This document shows, piece after piece, positions 36,475 to 46,023 of a DNA stretch of 50,678 nt (its first letter is position 1; the number at the start of each line of letters is the position of its first letter). A program made the position numbers and the translations under genes. The DNA is taken from the IMG/VR virus record IMGVR_UViG_3300017766_003084, positions 1-50,678 of that record; one strand, given 5' to 3'. The stretch is from a virus (Duplodnaviria; Caudoviricetes). Under the pieces are notes generated by a model, which had not been told where the DNA came from, ran no database searches, and saw nothing but the letters and a program-made list of their open reading frames with translations.

Positions 36475-37185
36475 TTATTGTGCCAGATTTCTCCTGACAT
36501 TCAAGACTCGCATTCTCAGCGATTGAAGGTCTGGAGTTTCAACCTGAGCCTTATTCAGTGCTTCCCGAGGGATTTCCAAACAGTTCAACATGGCAGTCTC
36601 AGGTTTGCCATTTCGAACCGAATGAAACAGTCCCTTAGAGACCGCCTCAGAAGCACTGAGGTAAGTTTCCTTGTCGAGCATATCAATCACTTCCTCTTCC
36701 TTCAAGGGAGTTCTGGAAGTGAAGATGTTCTTAATGCTGTCACGGTGAGCCGTCCAACGCTTCGCTGCGTTTTCAGCAGAAGCCTGACTGTCGATCTTTT
36801 CGTACATGTATGGGTTGTGCATCATGAACAGTCCGCCGTTGCAGATCTGTCGGTTTGATCCGGCCAGAGCCAGCCATCCCGCAGAACTGAAGGCATACCC
36901 GTCTACGATGGTTGTAACAGTTCCTCGGTGCTCAAGCAACTGATTGTAGATTGCCAGAGCAGAGCCGACTTCACCACCGTTTGAATTGATGCGTACAGTG
37001 AGTTCTGCAGGAGCATCCTTCAGAAAGTTGAGCACGTCGGACGGAGTCACAGACGTGTCGCCGTCGTAGTATTTCTGAGGAAGAATGTAGTCATAGATGA
37101 GCAACTCGTTCTGTGCGTTGAACGATGCTCGGGTTTCCATTTGCTCGCCGCTGGGCAGAGTCTTACGATTCAGAACCAGTACCAT
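36475..37185 (-). CDS. ClpP-like (S14) prohead protease
   Basis: RINSNGGEV, DGYAFSSA, FMMHNP, ETYLSASEAV..G. Confidence 0.9.
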   Translation of the reverse strand: MVLVLNRKTLPSGEQMETRASFNAQNELLIYDYILPQKYYDGDTSVTPSDVLNFLKDAPAELTVRINSNGGEVGSALAIYNQLLEHRGTVTTIVDGYAFSSAGWLALAGSNRQICNGGLFMMHNPYMYEKIDSQASAENAAKRWTAHRDSIKNIFTSRTPLKEEEVIDMLDKETYLSASEAVSKGLFHSVRNGKPETAMLNCLEIPREALNKAQVETPDLQSLRMRVLNVRRNLAQ

Positions 37186-38980
37186 CGCTGTTCTCCGTGT
37201 ATTTTCTGTCAGCCAGCCAACTGTCAATCAACGATTGACAATTGAAGTTCTCAACCACGTCCTGCCACGGGAGTAATTGTTCTCGTAGCATGTTCGCAAA
37301 CTTGCCGTCTGCTGCATAGAACTCTGCGACCGCAGCGTCGTAATCATCTTTTCGTGTCTGCTTCTTTTGATCCAAGACACGGGCTTCATACTGCTTCAGT
37401 CCGTTAATAACGTTCTGATACGCTGTCTGAATCTGATTATTGGCTTTACGCAGTCGTTTGTCAATGTTGTCCTTCGACGGTGAATTATCCATGTCTTTCT
37501 GCGTAGTCGCTCCTGGTGCCTCAGGAGTCTTTACAGGCTTTACCATTCCGCTGTTTGTCTGGCGTTGCTGTTCCTTCTGCAGGTCCAGCATCTCAAGATT
37601 TGAATTAGCAGTCTCGTTTGCAATGCGAGCCTGATCCTCAAGCAGCAAAGAGTGCTCGACAGTCATCAGGTTCACAGGCACGTAACGAGGGTCTGCAGCA
37701 GCGTCCCTCGGGTCGATGAAGAACCCGAGCAACTGACGAGTCTCAGCACGGTTCAGTACGCCGATCTCCATGAGGTTACGCAGAGATCCTGTGAATTTGT
37801 CAATGACGTTTCGGTACAGGTAGATACGCTCGAAGTCGAATCTGAACAACCTGCGTGATGTCAGTGGGAGTAATTCGTTCCTGAACTGAATACACAGATG
37901 ATCCAGAAATGGTCCGATGCCTGTCTGTACAAACAAAGCCATCGCCTGAGCCAGATCCACGTCTCCAGCTTTCGTACCCATGTAGGAGTGCAGCAGCGAG
38001 GGAGGAATGTTGAAGCCGCGAGCCACATCCTCTACGCTGAATGCACGAGTCTCGATGAACTGAAGGTGCTGGAACGGAATACCCATGTGAACAGGTTTCA
38101 GTCCCTGTTCAAGGATGCGTGTCTTGAAGATTGCTTCAAGTGGTGCATTGGGATCTTCCAGAAAGTTACTCTCGATCCGCTTCAGAACTTCTGGAGCAAG
38201 ACGATTATCAGTCGTCAGGAACATCTGTGTGGCGATACCCTTCGTGTAGAAGGATCGTCCAAATTCTTCAGATGCTTCGTACAACTGCACACTTCGACTA
38301 CTGTTAATTACGAATCCCTGACCACGGAAGTGCTCAGCGTCGTACAGTTTGTTCGAGAAGTGACAGATGTACTCCTTCGGAACAATAATCGCTTGGGTGT
38401 TGGTATCGCGGGAAGATTCTCCTGTGTTGATGACGTAGATGATCTCACCGGCTGTTGCGGTGCGACCATCAAACAACTTCTCGCTTCCGTTAGCACGTCG
38501 GATGTTGGTAACGGGAATGCGTGAGGGATGGATGTAACTGAGACGTGATGTTCGGCCTTGCAGGTCGAACTCTCTGAGAAAGTAACAGTTGCCGTCCATC
38601 AGAACGTCATACACGATCATGCTGAAGGCACGATCAGAGTCGAGTTCTGGATTGAAGTAATGACTGAACAGGCGGCTGGCAGGATGGGCAGTCGTGCTGA
38701 CAATGCGTGTCGGAGTATCGGTGTCAGGGTCAACACCATACATACGACGGGGAAGCCCCATCAGCAAACCGGAGTACGTTTCCAGAGCACACTTCACTGC
38801 TGTCAGTTTGAGAGCGGATTTCGAAGCGTCAGTGTAGTAGGTCTCATGGTTCATTATGCCGATCAGATTCTGCCACGTCATCGTAGCAGAGTTCTGTACA
38901 AGGCTGTGGGCGTAGTCGATCAGCGTGCGAATAGCACCGTGTTGATTACGCTGTTCAGGCTTACGAAACCATGAGATCAT
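37163..38980 (-). CDS. Portal protein (HK97 family) with C-terminal extension
   Basis: VKCALE.YS..L..LP, DGNCY, ILEQGLK, QFIETR, VARGFNIPP, NRAETR. Confidence 0.92.
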   Translation of the reverse strand: MISWFRKPEQRNQHGAIRTLIDYAHSLVQNSATMTWQNLIGIMNHETYYTDASKSALKLTAVKCALETYSGLLMGLPRRMYGVDPDTDTPTRIVSTTAHPASRLFSHYFNPELDSDRAFSMIVYDVLMDGNCYFLREFDLQGRTSRLSYIHPSRIPVTNIRRANGSEKLFDGRTATAGEIIYVINTGESSRDTNTQAIIVPKEYICHFSNKLYDAEHFRGQGFVINSSRSVQLYEASEEFGRSFYTKGIATQMFLTTDNRLAPEVLKRIESNFLEDPNAPLEAIFKTRILEQGLKPVHMGIPFQHLQFIETRAFSVEDVARGFNIPPSLLHSYMGTKAGDVDLAQAMALFVQTGIGPFLDHLCIQFRNELLPLTSRRLFRFDFERIYLYRNVIDKFTGSLRNLMEIGVLNRAETRQLLGFFIDPRDAAADPRYVPVNLMTVEHSLLLEDQARIANETANSNLEMLDLQKEQQRQTNSGMVKPVKTPEAPGATTQKDMDNSPSKDNIDKRLRKANNQIQTAYQNVINGLKQYEARVLDQKKQTRKDDYDAAVAEFYAADGKFANMLREQLLPWQDVVENFNCQSLIDSWLADRKYTENSDGTGSES

Positions 38981-41940
38981 TTCAACCCCCGTATATCGCT
39001 GATCGTCTGAACCTCGGGATATAGCCAACCACCAACTGCCATCAAGGACGCTACTACACCGTCGATCTTCTGCGTGCTCTTTGACTTGTCTGGCCGGTAC
39101 TTCCCGTCTCTGTCAGACACGATAACAACGTTTCCAGCTTCCCATTCCAACACTGTGTTTCCACCATGAAACAACTGACGGTCAGTTATCATTGCCTCAA
39201 GTTTTCGACACGGTTCATTCATGCCAGCAAAGTTCTGCGGGTATGCTCGTGCAGGATACCCGAATTCCTTCAGTCTGACATAGACAATTCGTGCCGCAAA
39301 GCGGTCAAAGCAAACTTCTCGCAATCCACGGAAGTGAGACAGAATGCCCGGATACTGGTCGTTACCGAGCATGGCTGTCAGGATCGCTTCGTCGTCTGTT
39401 GTGTCCAATGGACTTGTGGAATTCAGGAGACCCGATTCCCACCAGTTTCCGTAGGGGATGTTTTGTTCTTTCTGCCTTCTGTACACTGATGCCGCAGGAC
39501 ACCAGCACCAGTGCAGTATAACGCCACGCTGAGGAAAGAAAAGAGCCAGTGAAGCCAAGTCCTGCACAATCGTGTTGTCGAACCCAGCGTAGCATTCTTC
39601 GTCTCTCAGTTCTTCACACTGTTTGATAAACCACGACCAGTATTGCTGTTGCCCATTCAGGTACACATCGACAGATGAAGATTCGTAGAATCGGTTATCC
39701 AGAGCAATGTTGTTCCAAGTCGCATGTTCTGACATCCACTGTTTGATCTCGGGCACTGAAAGTAATTCGACATTTTCCGGATTGCCCCTTGCCCAGATGT
39801 ACGAAGGAATCCATGCTGTTTCAGTCTTTGTTTGAATGTTCAGATGCAACCTGAGAAACCTGTTCAGTTCCTGTGGGTTGTTCTGAACAGAAGAAACCAT
39901 ATCTTCGAAGTATTCCTCCGTGATAGACTTACGGAAGTTTGGGTTTGCTTTCGACCAAACCACAGGACTCCTGAAGTCGTCTGTTGGGAGTGCTTCGTAG
40001 ATTATCGGCAGAAAAGAAGGCTGAACCTGACGGTTATCCCGGATTGCTCGGGCCTTCTCCAGCAACTGATTACAGACCGAAGGGCGGTCATAGTCTGCAG
40101 TCGTCGTGTAAACTGTGAGAGGTTGACGACGAGATGCAGTACCTGTTTTCATTACATCAATCAGTTCTCCACTTGTGTGTGCATGAACTTCGTCCACGTA
40201 AACGAAGTTTGGTGACAGCCCGTGTTTTGTGTCAGCAACAGACGACAGAACTTTGAACACTGATCCGTCATTGTGTTCGAACGACCTTGTTGACTTGTAG
40301 ATACGTTTATCTTTGAGTCGAGACAGCAGATTGGGGTTCTGCTGAATCATGAACTCTGTGTGTCTGAAATTGACAGATGCTTGCTCTACGTCAGCAGCAC
40401 AGCAGAAGTTTTGAGATCGCTGTTCTTTGTCGTAGAAAAACATCAGCAGTGTAATCACCGCACCAAAGGCTGTCGTGTTGTGTGTCGGAAGGTACTGCTC
40501 CCCAAAAAGGTATGTGCCAGAATCAGAACTTACCTGAATGCAAGTCATTGGTCTTGGTTTAGATGGAACAATACTAACAATATGATTTGATTTTGACCTT
40601 CCCCTGTGTGGTTTCATCCTATTGAGTTTTCTGAGCAGCCTAAACACTTCATGCTCTTTTCTGCCCGCAGAAAACTGAATATCGTAGTACGTTCCTTCTG
40701 TTCTGTTCTGAGATTGTTTTTTCTTTTCAGTAATGGACGCCTTGAGACCGAGAGAGTAGCACAGACGAACAATTCCATCTGCAAGAGTTTTGTTCTTTTG
40801 GATTATGTTCAAACAAGTACCTGTTTTGTTTATTGTACCGTCTGTGTCCATCAACCCCTGCAAAAGATGCAGTCTTTGTTTTCTTGATGCCGTGAAATAA
40901 ACTTCTGGAATGTGTTTGTTGTTCTTTAATTTCAACGACGACAATACAGAGCCTGACAACTGAGACAGACTTACGCGAGGACATTTATCAGCGTAGCGAC
41001 TGACTTTGTACTTTGACCAAAAATGAAGGTCTTGATCTCCAACAGAAATGTACGGTCCAGCAGAACTTCCATCGCCAAGCCACGCTCCAAGTATGTAAGG
41101 ATTTACAGGCAGATCTGCTTCATCACATTCAATACCAGAGTGCATTTTCACATTGAATGTCTTACCGTAGGAGCAGTCAACTCCAGCGTCAAACATTTCC
41201 TGTGTTGTCCAAACTGACTCATACGTGCATTTGCCGACAGAGTTCGTTACTGTCTTTACTCCGGATTTCCTACTCACCTTCTTTGTTTTACTGTCAACGC
41301 TTGGGTGTTGTTTTTTTGAAAACACATGCCATTGGTGATCTGCACCAGCCTCAACTGAATGACCGCTTGAAAACGTTACAGTGTAAGTTTTCTCAGGGAC
41401 TCTCGGCTCGGCGACAAACACGACTTGACATTGCTTTCCGTCTTTGTCGAATACTGTGTCTCCTACAGCCAGTTCACCGATTGGAGTAAATCCTTTCGGA
41501 GTTGGAATCGGAGTTGTCATGCACAACTCTTTACCATTCTTTCGAGGGACGTATATAAAGCATTCTTTATATCGACGGTAATTGCTCCCCACCTTCTTCC
41601 AGCAGAACAAGTTGGCGTATACAGCCGACTGCCAGACTTCAGGTATGAAACTTTTACCTGTCAGTTCTCCTTCAGGGTAGCACGCTTCGTTGGTAACGAA
41701 TGAGATGATCCTGTACCACTCGTCTACGTCAAAGTAATACCCCTCCGCTTGTGCGAAGGGGTCGTAGTCAGGAACTGTTCTCAGGAACTTGACGATGTTT
41801 CGATGAGTCCACTTCCAACCTATCAATCGACCATGCTCGTAGATTGTGTCAGGTACTGGAACTTTTCTCAGCGATCTTTTCTCGTTTGTCCTGAAGAATG
41901 AGTTGAGTGATGTATCTTCTTGTTCTTCTGTCGTGGTCAT
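38977..41940 (-). CDS. terL: Terminase large subunit, interrupted by an intein
   Basis: YVPRKNGK / TT Walker A split by the intein, Walker B YVDEVH, TTTA motif, ANP, KIDGVVASLMA. Confidence 0.95.
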   Translation of the reverse strand: MTTTEEQEDTSLNSFFRTNEKRSLRKVPVPDTIYEHGRLIGWKWTHRNIVKFLRTVPDYDPFAQAEGYYFDVDEWYRIISFVTNEACYPEGELTGKSFIPEVWQSAVYANLFCWKKVGSNYRRYKECFIYVPRKNGKELCMTTPIPTPKGFTPIGELAVGDTVFDKDGKQCQVVFVAEPRVPEKTYTVTFSSGHSVEAGADHQWHVFSKKQHPSVDSKTKKVSRKSGVKTVTNSVGKCTYESVWTTQEMFDAGVDCSYGKTFNVKMHSGIECDEADLPVNPYILGAWLGDGSSAGPYISVGDQDLHFWSKYKVSRYADKCPRVSLSQLSGSVLSSLKLKNNKHIPEVYFTASRKQRLHLLQGLMDTDGTINKTGTCLNIIQKNKTLADGIVRLCYSLGLKASITEKKKQSQNRTEGTYYDIQFSAGRKEHEVFRLLRKLNRMKPHRGRSKSNHIVSIVPSKPRPMTCIQVSSDSGTYLFGEQYLPTHNTTAFGAVITLLMFFYDKEQRSQNFCCAADVEQASVNFRHTEFMIQQNPNLLSRLKDKRIYKSTRSFEHNDGSVFKVLSSVADTKHGLSPNFVYVDEVHAHTSGELIDVMKTGTASRRQPLTVYTTTADYDRPSVCNQLLEKARAIRDNRQVQPSFLPIIYEALPTDDFRSPVVWSKANPNFRKSITEEYFEDMVSSVQNNPQELNRFLRLHLNIQTKTETAWIPSYIWARGNPENVELLSVPEIKQWMSEHATWNNIALDNRFYESSSVDVYLNGQQQYWSWFIKQCEELRDEECYAGFDNTIVQDLASLALFFPQRGVILHWCWCPAASVYRRQKEQNIPYGNWWESGLLNSTSPLDTTDDEAILTAMLGNDQYPGILSHFRGLREVCFDRFAARIVYVRLKEFGYPARAYPQNFAGMNEPCRKLEAMITDRQLFHGGNTVLEWEAGNVVIVSDRDGKYRPDKSKSTQKIDGVVASLMAVGGWLYPEVQTISDIRGLK
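40477..41529 (-). mobile_element. Intein (351 aa, class 3 signature) with LAGLIDADG homing endonuclease
   Basis: Block A ELCMTTPIPTPKG...GD.V, block B DHQW, endonuclease motifs YILGAWLGDG and LLQGLMDTDG, block F MTCIQV, block G PTHN followed by extein Thr. Confidence 0.92.
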
Positions 41941-41954
41941 GGGGGTGTTGACCG

Positions 41955-43571
41955 TCAGTTATCAAAGACAATGTCCGATGAACTTTCGAATGACATAACG
42001 TCTGTCCCAGTTCCGGACCATGTGAATTTCAGTGTGGCTGTGTATCTGTAACCCAACAGCCCTTTGGCAGTTTCTGAAGAAGAAATCTCTACACGAACGT
42101 ACGGAGCATTGGCAGTGCCGGTTCCCGGAGGATTGATAACCGTTGCTGTTCCATTGACGATTCGCGATGCGTTTGTCTCTTTCGCCCTGCTTACAGTGAA
42201 TGTAACAGTTGCTGCTGAAAAGTCGAGTGAGCCTGCTGTATCAAGCGGGATACCGTCAGTATCCACAATAGGTATATCAATTGCTCGACCATTGGCAGCA
42301 GTGTAGCTGTCACCGATCTTCAGCGTTGTCGGGAAGCCTTGAATGGTTCCCGGCTCAAGCACTGCTCCTGCGAGTAATGAAGTAACAGCACCAGAACTAG
42401 TAATCAGATCCGTCTTGTTCTGTATCAGGTCCAACTGATCGAGGATCAGTTCCTGATTTTGCAGTGTTGCTGATCCACCACCTGCTCCTGCAGGGCCATT
42501 CTCCAGCATGTTGACAGTAAACTGCCATACAGCACCGTCCTGTACCAGTCCTGTGTTTACACGGTCTGTGACAACCTTGATTGCAGCGATACCCGAGTTG
42601 TCCGGGGCCGTGTAAGCACTCGAAGCAAGTCGAGACAATACGTTGTTATTTATTGTCGTCTGATTGTCGAGAGTCGCCAACCCTGACTGGATCTCTGTGA
42701 CCGCACTTGCTGCAATTGCGTTAGCACTAATCACGTCCGTCTGAAACTCATGCACGTCTGCCGCTATATGGTTACTGCCTGTGACCTGCACAGTCCGGTT
42801 ATTGTTCAACGCCAGAATAAATCGCACGCCATACGATCCGCTCACAGTGTGATCGGCTGGCAGTGCTGCGTACACGCCAGTGACAACCTGTGCCACTGTC
42901 GGCGGTGTCGTGTAGCTTGCTGTGGGCAACGGCATACCTGTCACCGTCACGCCGCCCCACTGATCCGTGTTTGCTGTGACTCGTGCCGTCACCGATCCGA
43001 CTGCCCCTGTCACGCTGCCCACAGCACCCGTAACAGATCCCACAGCCCCGCTCACACTCGCGACCGCCTGCGTCGTGCTGATTGTCGTCCCGCTGAGATT
43101 CAACGTCGTCGTCGGATTCTCGACGTTGCCTAAGTCGATCCCTGCCGCACCTGTTGCCGTAACGTCGAGCGTTCGCCCTGCAGTCGTTGGCCGCAGTGCT
43201 CCGAATGCGTCGGTCTGGTAATCGACCGCATCCAACTCGATGTAAATGTTCACAGGTGCCATATTGTTAGCACCTCGCAATTGGATCGCGACCCCGTTCC
43301 CGCCGTCTAGTGCTGCGTCCGGAATGCCGATTTCATACCACCCGGGCATGTTAGCATTGTCGACCGCGATGAACCCGCCGCTCGCGTATGTGCCAAGCGT
43401 TGCCGTTGCCAGCGTTATCGGCACCTCGTTGTTCAGGTCGCCTGCAAAATAATAGGCAACCAATCCGCTCGAATTGTAGACCAAATTCGCCAACCCGCTG
43501 CCGTCTGTTTTGCTGGTGTCAGCTATGAATATCAATCGCCGAACTGAGGTAGACCCTCGCTTAATTTTCAC
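41955..43571 (-). CDS. Putative virion fibre or accessory structural protein, 538 aa
   Basis: G/T/A/S/V-rich, three tandem V(T/S)GAVGS repeats, a short coiled coil and a beta-rich C-terminal domain. Confidence 0.6.
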   Translation of the reverse strand: MKIKRGSTSVRRLIFIADTSKTDGSGLANLVYNSSGLVAYYFAGDLNNEVPITLATATLGTYASGGFIAVDNANMPGWYEIGIPDAALDGGNGVAIQLRGANNMAPVNIYIELDAVDYQTDAFGALRPTTAGRTLDVTATGAAGIDLGNVENPTTTLNLSGTTISTTQAVASVSGAVGSVTGAVGSVTGAVGSVTARVTANTDQWGGVTVTGMPLPTASYTTPPTVAQVVTGVYAALPADHTVSGSYGVRFILALNNNRTVQVTGSNHIAADVHEFQTDVISANAIAASAVTEIQSGLATLDNQTTINNNVLSRLASSAYTAPDNSGIAAIKVVTDRVNTGLVQDGAVWQFTVNMLENGPAGAGGGSATLQNQELILDQLDLIQNKTDLITSSGAVTSLLAGAVLEPGTIQGFPTTLKIGDSYTAANGRAIDIPIVDTDGIPLDTAGSLDFSAATVTFTVSRAKETNASRIVNGTATVINPPGTGTANAPYVRVEISSSETAKGLLGYRYTATLKFTWSGTGTDVMSFESSSDIVFDN

Positions 43572-44248
43572 TGGTCTGCACCTCCTCGAACATTCACTGG
43601 CCGATAGCCGCCGCCTGATGATTTCGCAACCCCTGTGTCCATCATTTCTGCAACTATATGCACAGTATTGACATTACTGGCTGCAGTAACGGTTATAACT
43701 GGCCAACTTGAAACAGAACTTCCCGTGTCGTGTAATGCCAAATAACCAGTGCTTGATCCTGCATAAACTGCCCTGTTCGTCATACCGCTCGGGGCTGCAC
43801 TTCCGACCCCTGTGTTTTCGTAGATATAAATTGCACCGAATACGACCGCTGCAGCGTTCTGTAACTTTGTCGGTGTGTTTAGAGACGAATACTGAGTAAT
43901 GTTTGGATAAGTAACAGATGTGGTGTTGCGTGTATTGCTTCGATTACAACCGCCCAGTGCACGATAGTTTGTGGAGTCTCTATAAACCGCAGCCATAATA
44001 AGGTGCGAGCCAGTCCATGTTCCGCTGGTTTCACTTGCGCTTGTTGCAATTTTCCAACCAACAAATAGACATCTTGCAGGCGATACCCCATCAGCACTGG
44101 CGATTGGGACACTCCAGCCAGACGGAATGGTCGGAGCGAATCCGGTATTATTTCCGGTTAAAATCAGCAGCAAATCGCCCGCTTGATGCGTCGGTATGGT
44201 AACGCTTGTAGCTTGTGCTGAATTAGCTGCCTGAAACGCAATAGTCAT
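43568..44248 (-). CDS. Putative virion-associated beta-sandwich protein
   Basis: VTIP..QAGDLLLI...PSGW pattern, S/T/A-rich, ATGA coupling. Confidence 0.6.
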   Translation of the reverse strand: MTIAFQAANSAQATSVTIPTHQAGDLLLILTGNNTGFAPTIPSGWSVPIASADGVSPARCLFVGWKIATSASETSGTWTGSHLIMAAVYRDSTNYRALGGCNRSNTRNTTSVTYPNITQYSSLNTPTKLQNAAAVVFGAIYIYENTGVGSAAPSGMTNRAVYAGSSTGYLALHDTGSSVSSWPVITVTAASNVNTVHIVAEMMDTGVAKSSGGGYRPVNVRGGADQ

Positions 44249-44817
44249 AGCGTCACCTGCACAGCAGCCGCCGCCGTGAACGCCGCCCGAATTGACGCCT
44301 CAGTCCGTGCGGGATCTGCCGCCGCTGGATTGACAATCTGGTTCATCGCTTCCGCGAAAACGCTGTCCGCTGCCAGTTGCCTGATTGCGTCCGCCTTCTG
44401 TTGAGCATACTCGGCTTCGGTCGTGTCCTTGAACGGTCGCCCGCCGTCGAGTGCGTAGAACGAATCGACCAGCCCGGCTGCTGTGGGGTTCAGTCCGCTG
44501 ATCGTCTGCACAATGCCCCACACCGTGACTGATGCTGGCGGTTGAGTCGTGTTTAGGGTTTGCAGACTGTCACCCCAGATCGCTGCAAAGAATTGATCGA
44601 GTGCCGCCTGCTGCTGTGGTGTTGCTGCAGGATAGGCCACCGACAAACTGCCGCCCATGGTGCCGTCAGGCTTGCGGAACCACAGGCCTTGCTCTCGCGA
44701 CCATTGCCGGACCCTCGCGGGATCAATTGGCCCGCTGGTGATCGTCTGCAGTATGGCGACGATTTCCACGTCGGTGCCTGTCAATCCCATCGCCTGTGCT
44801 GTCTGGTATGCGTTCAT
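44245..44817 (-). CDS. Ala-rich hypothetical protein, 190 aa
   Basis: ATGA coupling at both ends. Confidence 0.7.
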   Translation of the reverse strand: MNAYQTAQAMGLTGTDVEIVAILQTITSGPIDPARVRQWSREQGLWFRKPDGTMGGSLSVAYPAATPQQQAALDQFFAAIWGDSLQTLNTTQPPASVTVWGIVQTISGLNPTAAGLVDSFYALDGGRPFKDTTEAEYAQQKADAIRQLAADSVFAEAMNQIVNPAAADPARTEASIRAAFTAAAAVQVTL

Positions 44818-45086
44818 TCTGTGACTGCCTGCTGTGTTGTCTGAATGCTCAGTTCGTCTTTGAGGTCTGTCGTTAATGCAGCAATACCCTTGAGCGTCTT
44901 TCCTGCTTCAGTAAACGATGTGGCTTCCAAGCAGTCTTTCAGGTTCCAAAGGCAATCTCCAACCAACTGTTCCGCCTTCTCCATTTCGTGTATTGCAGAT
45001 TGCAGAGCGTCCTTCAGCAGACGGCACTTGTCTGTGGTAGGTGACGGTTCGTCCCCCTGAAAGAGTGACAGTTGCGAAGGACTCAT
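44814..45086 (-). CDS. Small helical protein with N-terminal QLSLF motif
   Basis: GGAG RBS. Its stop overlaps the next ATG. Confidence 0.6.
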   Translation of the reverse strand: MSPSQLSLFQGDEPSPTTDKCRLLKDALQSAIHEMEKAEQLVGDCLWNLKDCLEATSFTEAGKTLKGIAALTTDLKDELSIQTTQQAVTE

Positions 45087-45337
45087 AAAGCGGTATCTCC
45101 GAAACGGGGTGTGCTCTGTTTGCAGCAATACGAGCAGCTTCGTTTGCTACGTTGACAGAGTAACTGGAAAACAGAGTCTGTACTGCCAGACTCTGAAAGA
45201 TCAATGCCTTGTACAGCATATCATCCCACTTGCACTTCAGTCGCGATTTATCATTTCGCTGTTTCACGTAGATTCCAGCGAGGAATGAAATCAGGGCGAT
45301 ACCTACAGTGATGTAGAACTTTTGTGTCAGGTCCATA
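44908..45337 (-). CDS. Membrane-anchored hypothetical protein
   Basis: N-terminal TM (FYITVGIALISFLAGIYV). Its 3' part overlaps 44814-45086. Confidence 0.5.
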
Positions 45338-45530
45338 ACAGACTCAATCCCCAGCATGTTCCACCGAAGAAAATTGCCCACGCAATTGCTTTCACTACAA
45401 GGTTCCACGTGTTCCCTGTGTGATCCATGAACGTCTTGGCAACGTCTTTATCCGCTTTGAAATGTTGGCCTGCAGCGGTAATCTCCAGACCAACATTATC
45501 ATCACGCTCTTCCTGTTGTCCATCCTGCAT
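45327..45530 (-). CDS. Small membrane protein (holin-like candidate)
   Basis: 67 aa with an acidic N-terminus and a C-terminal TM helix. Confidence 0.5.
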   Translation of the reverse strand: MQDGQQEERDDNVGLEITAAGQHFKADKDVAKTFMDHTGNTWNLVVKAIAWAIFFGGTCWGLSLLWT

Positions 45531-45579
45531 CAGCCTTGTCCCGTGCTGATTGTCGAATTGCGGGTAAACCCCAATTGTT

Positions 45580-46023
45580 TTATCGAGTAAACCCCATTTC
45601 CGCAAGGATATTTTTCCAAGAGCCTGAACTGTATCCGGTTCTGACTCTCACAATACCGTTTTTGTCGGTATATCTGAATGCGGGAATCATCGTTGGGGCA
45701 TCCTTCCATCGCTCATACTTGAGAGTAATCGGCAGATCTTTGACAGCAGCAAACTCTCGTTTCGCCAGTTGACACGGAGCACACCAGTCAGCAGAACTGA
45801 CCTGCAAAACCGGCTTGCCGTCGATATTTTCTGAAGAAGTAATTGATTGTTTGGCTGCTTCGAGGGCAGTCACCCGCTCTTCCAGTGCATCGAGCCGTTT
45901 GAGGATCAGCAGGCTGTCAGCAGACGCTGCAGGACTCTGATTACTCTCGTCACTGACGATCTCGGGAAGGGCCAGCAACAGACAGACAGACACGATTGCA
46001 CAGGCTGTAAACCACTCTTTCAT
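45580..46023 (-). CDS. Exported or membrane-anchored thioredoxin-like protein
   Basis: N-terminal hydrophobic signal, coiled coil, SADWCAPCQ active site, IPAF cis-Pro-like motif. Confidence 0.8.
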   Translation of the reverse strand: MKEWFTACAIVSVCLLLALPEIVSDESNQSPAASADSLLILKRLDALEERVTALEAAKQSITSSENIDGKPVLQVSSADWCAPCQLAKREFAAVKDLPITLKYERWKDAPTMIPAFRYTDKNGIVRVRTGYSSGSWKNILAEMGFTR

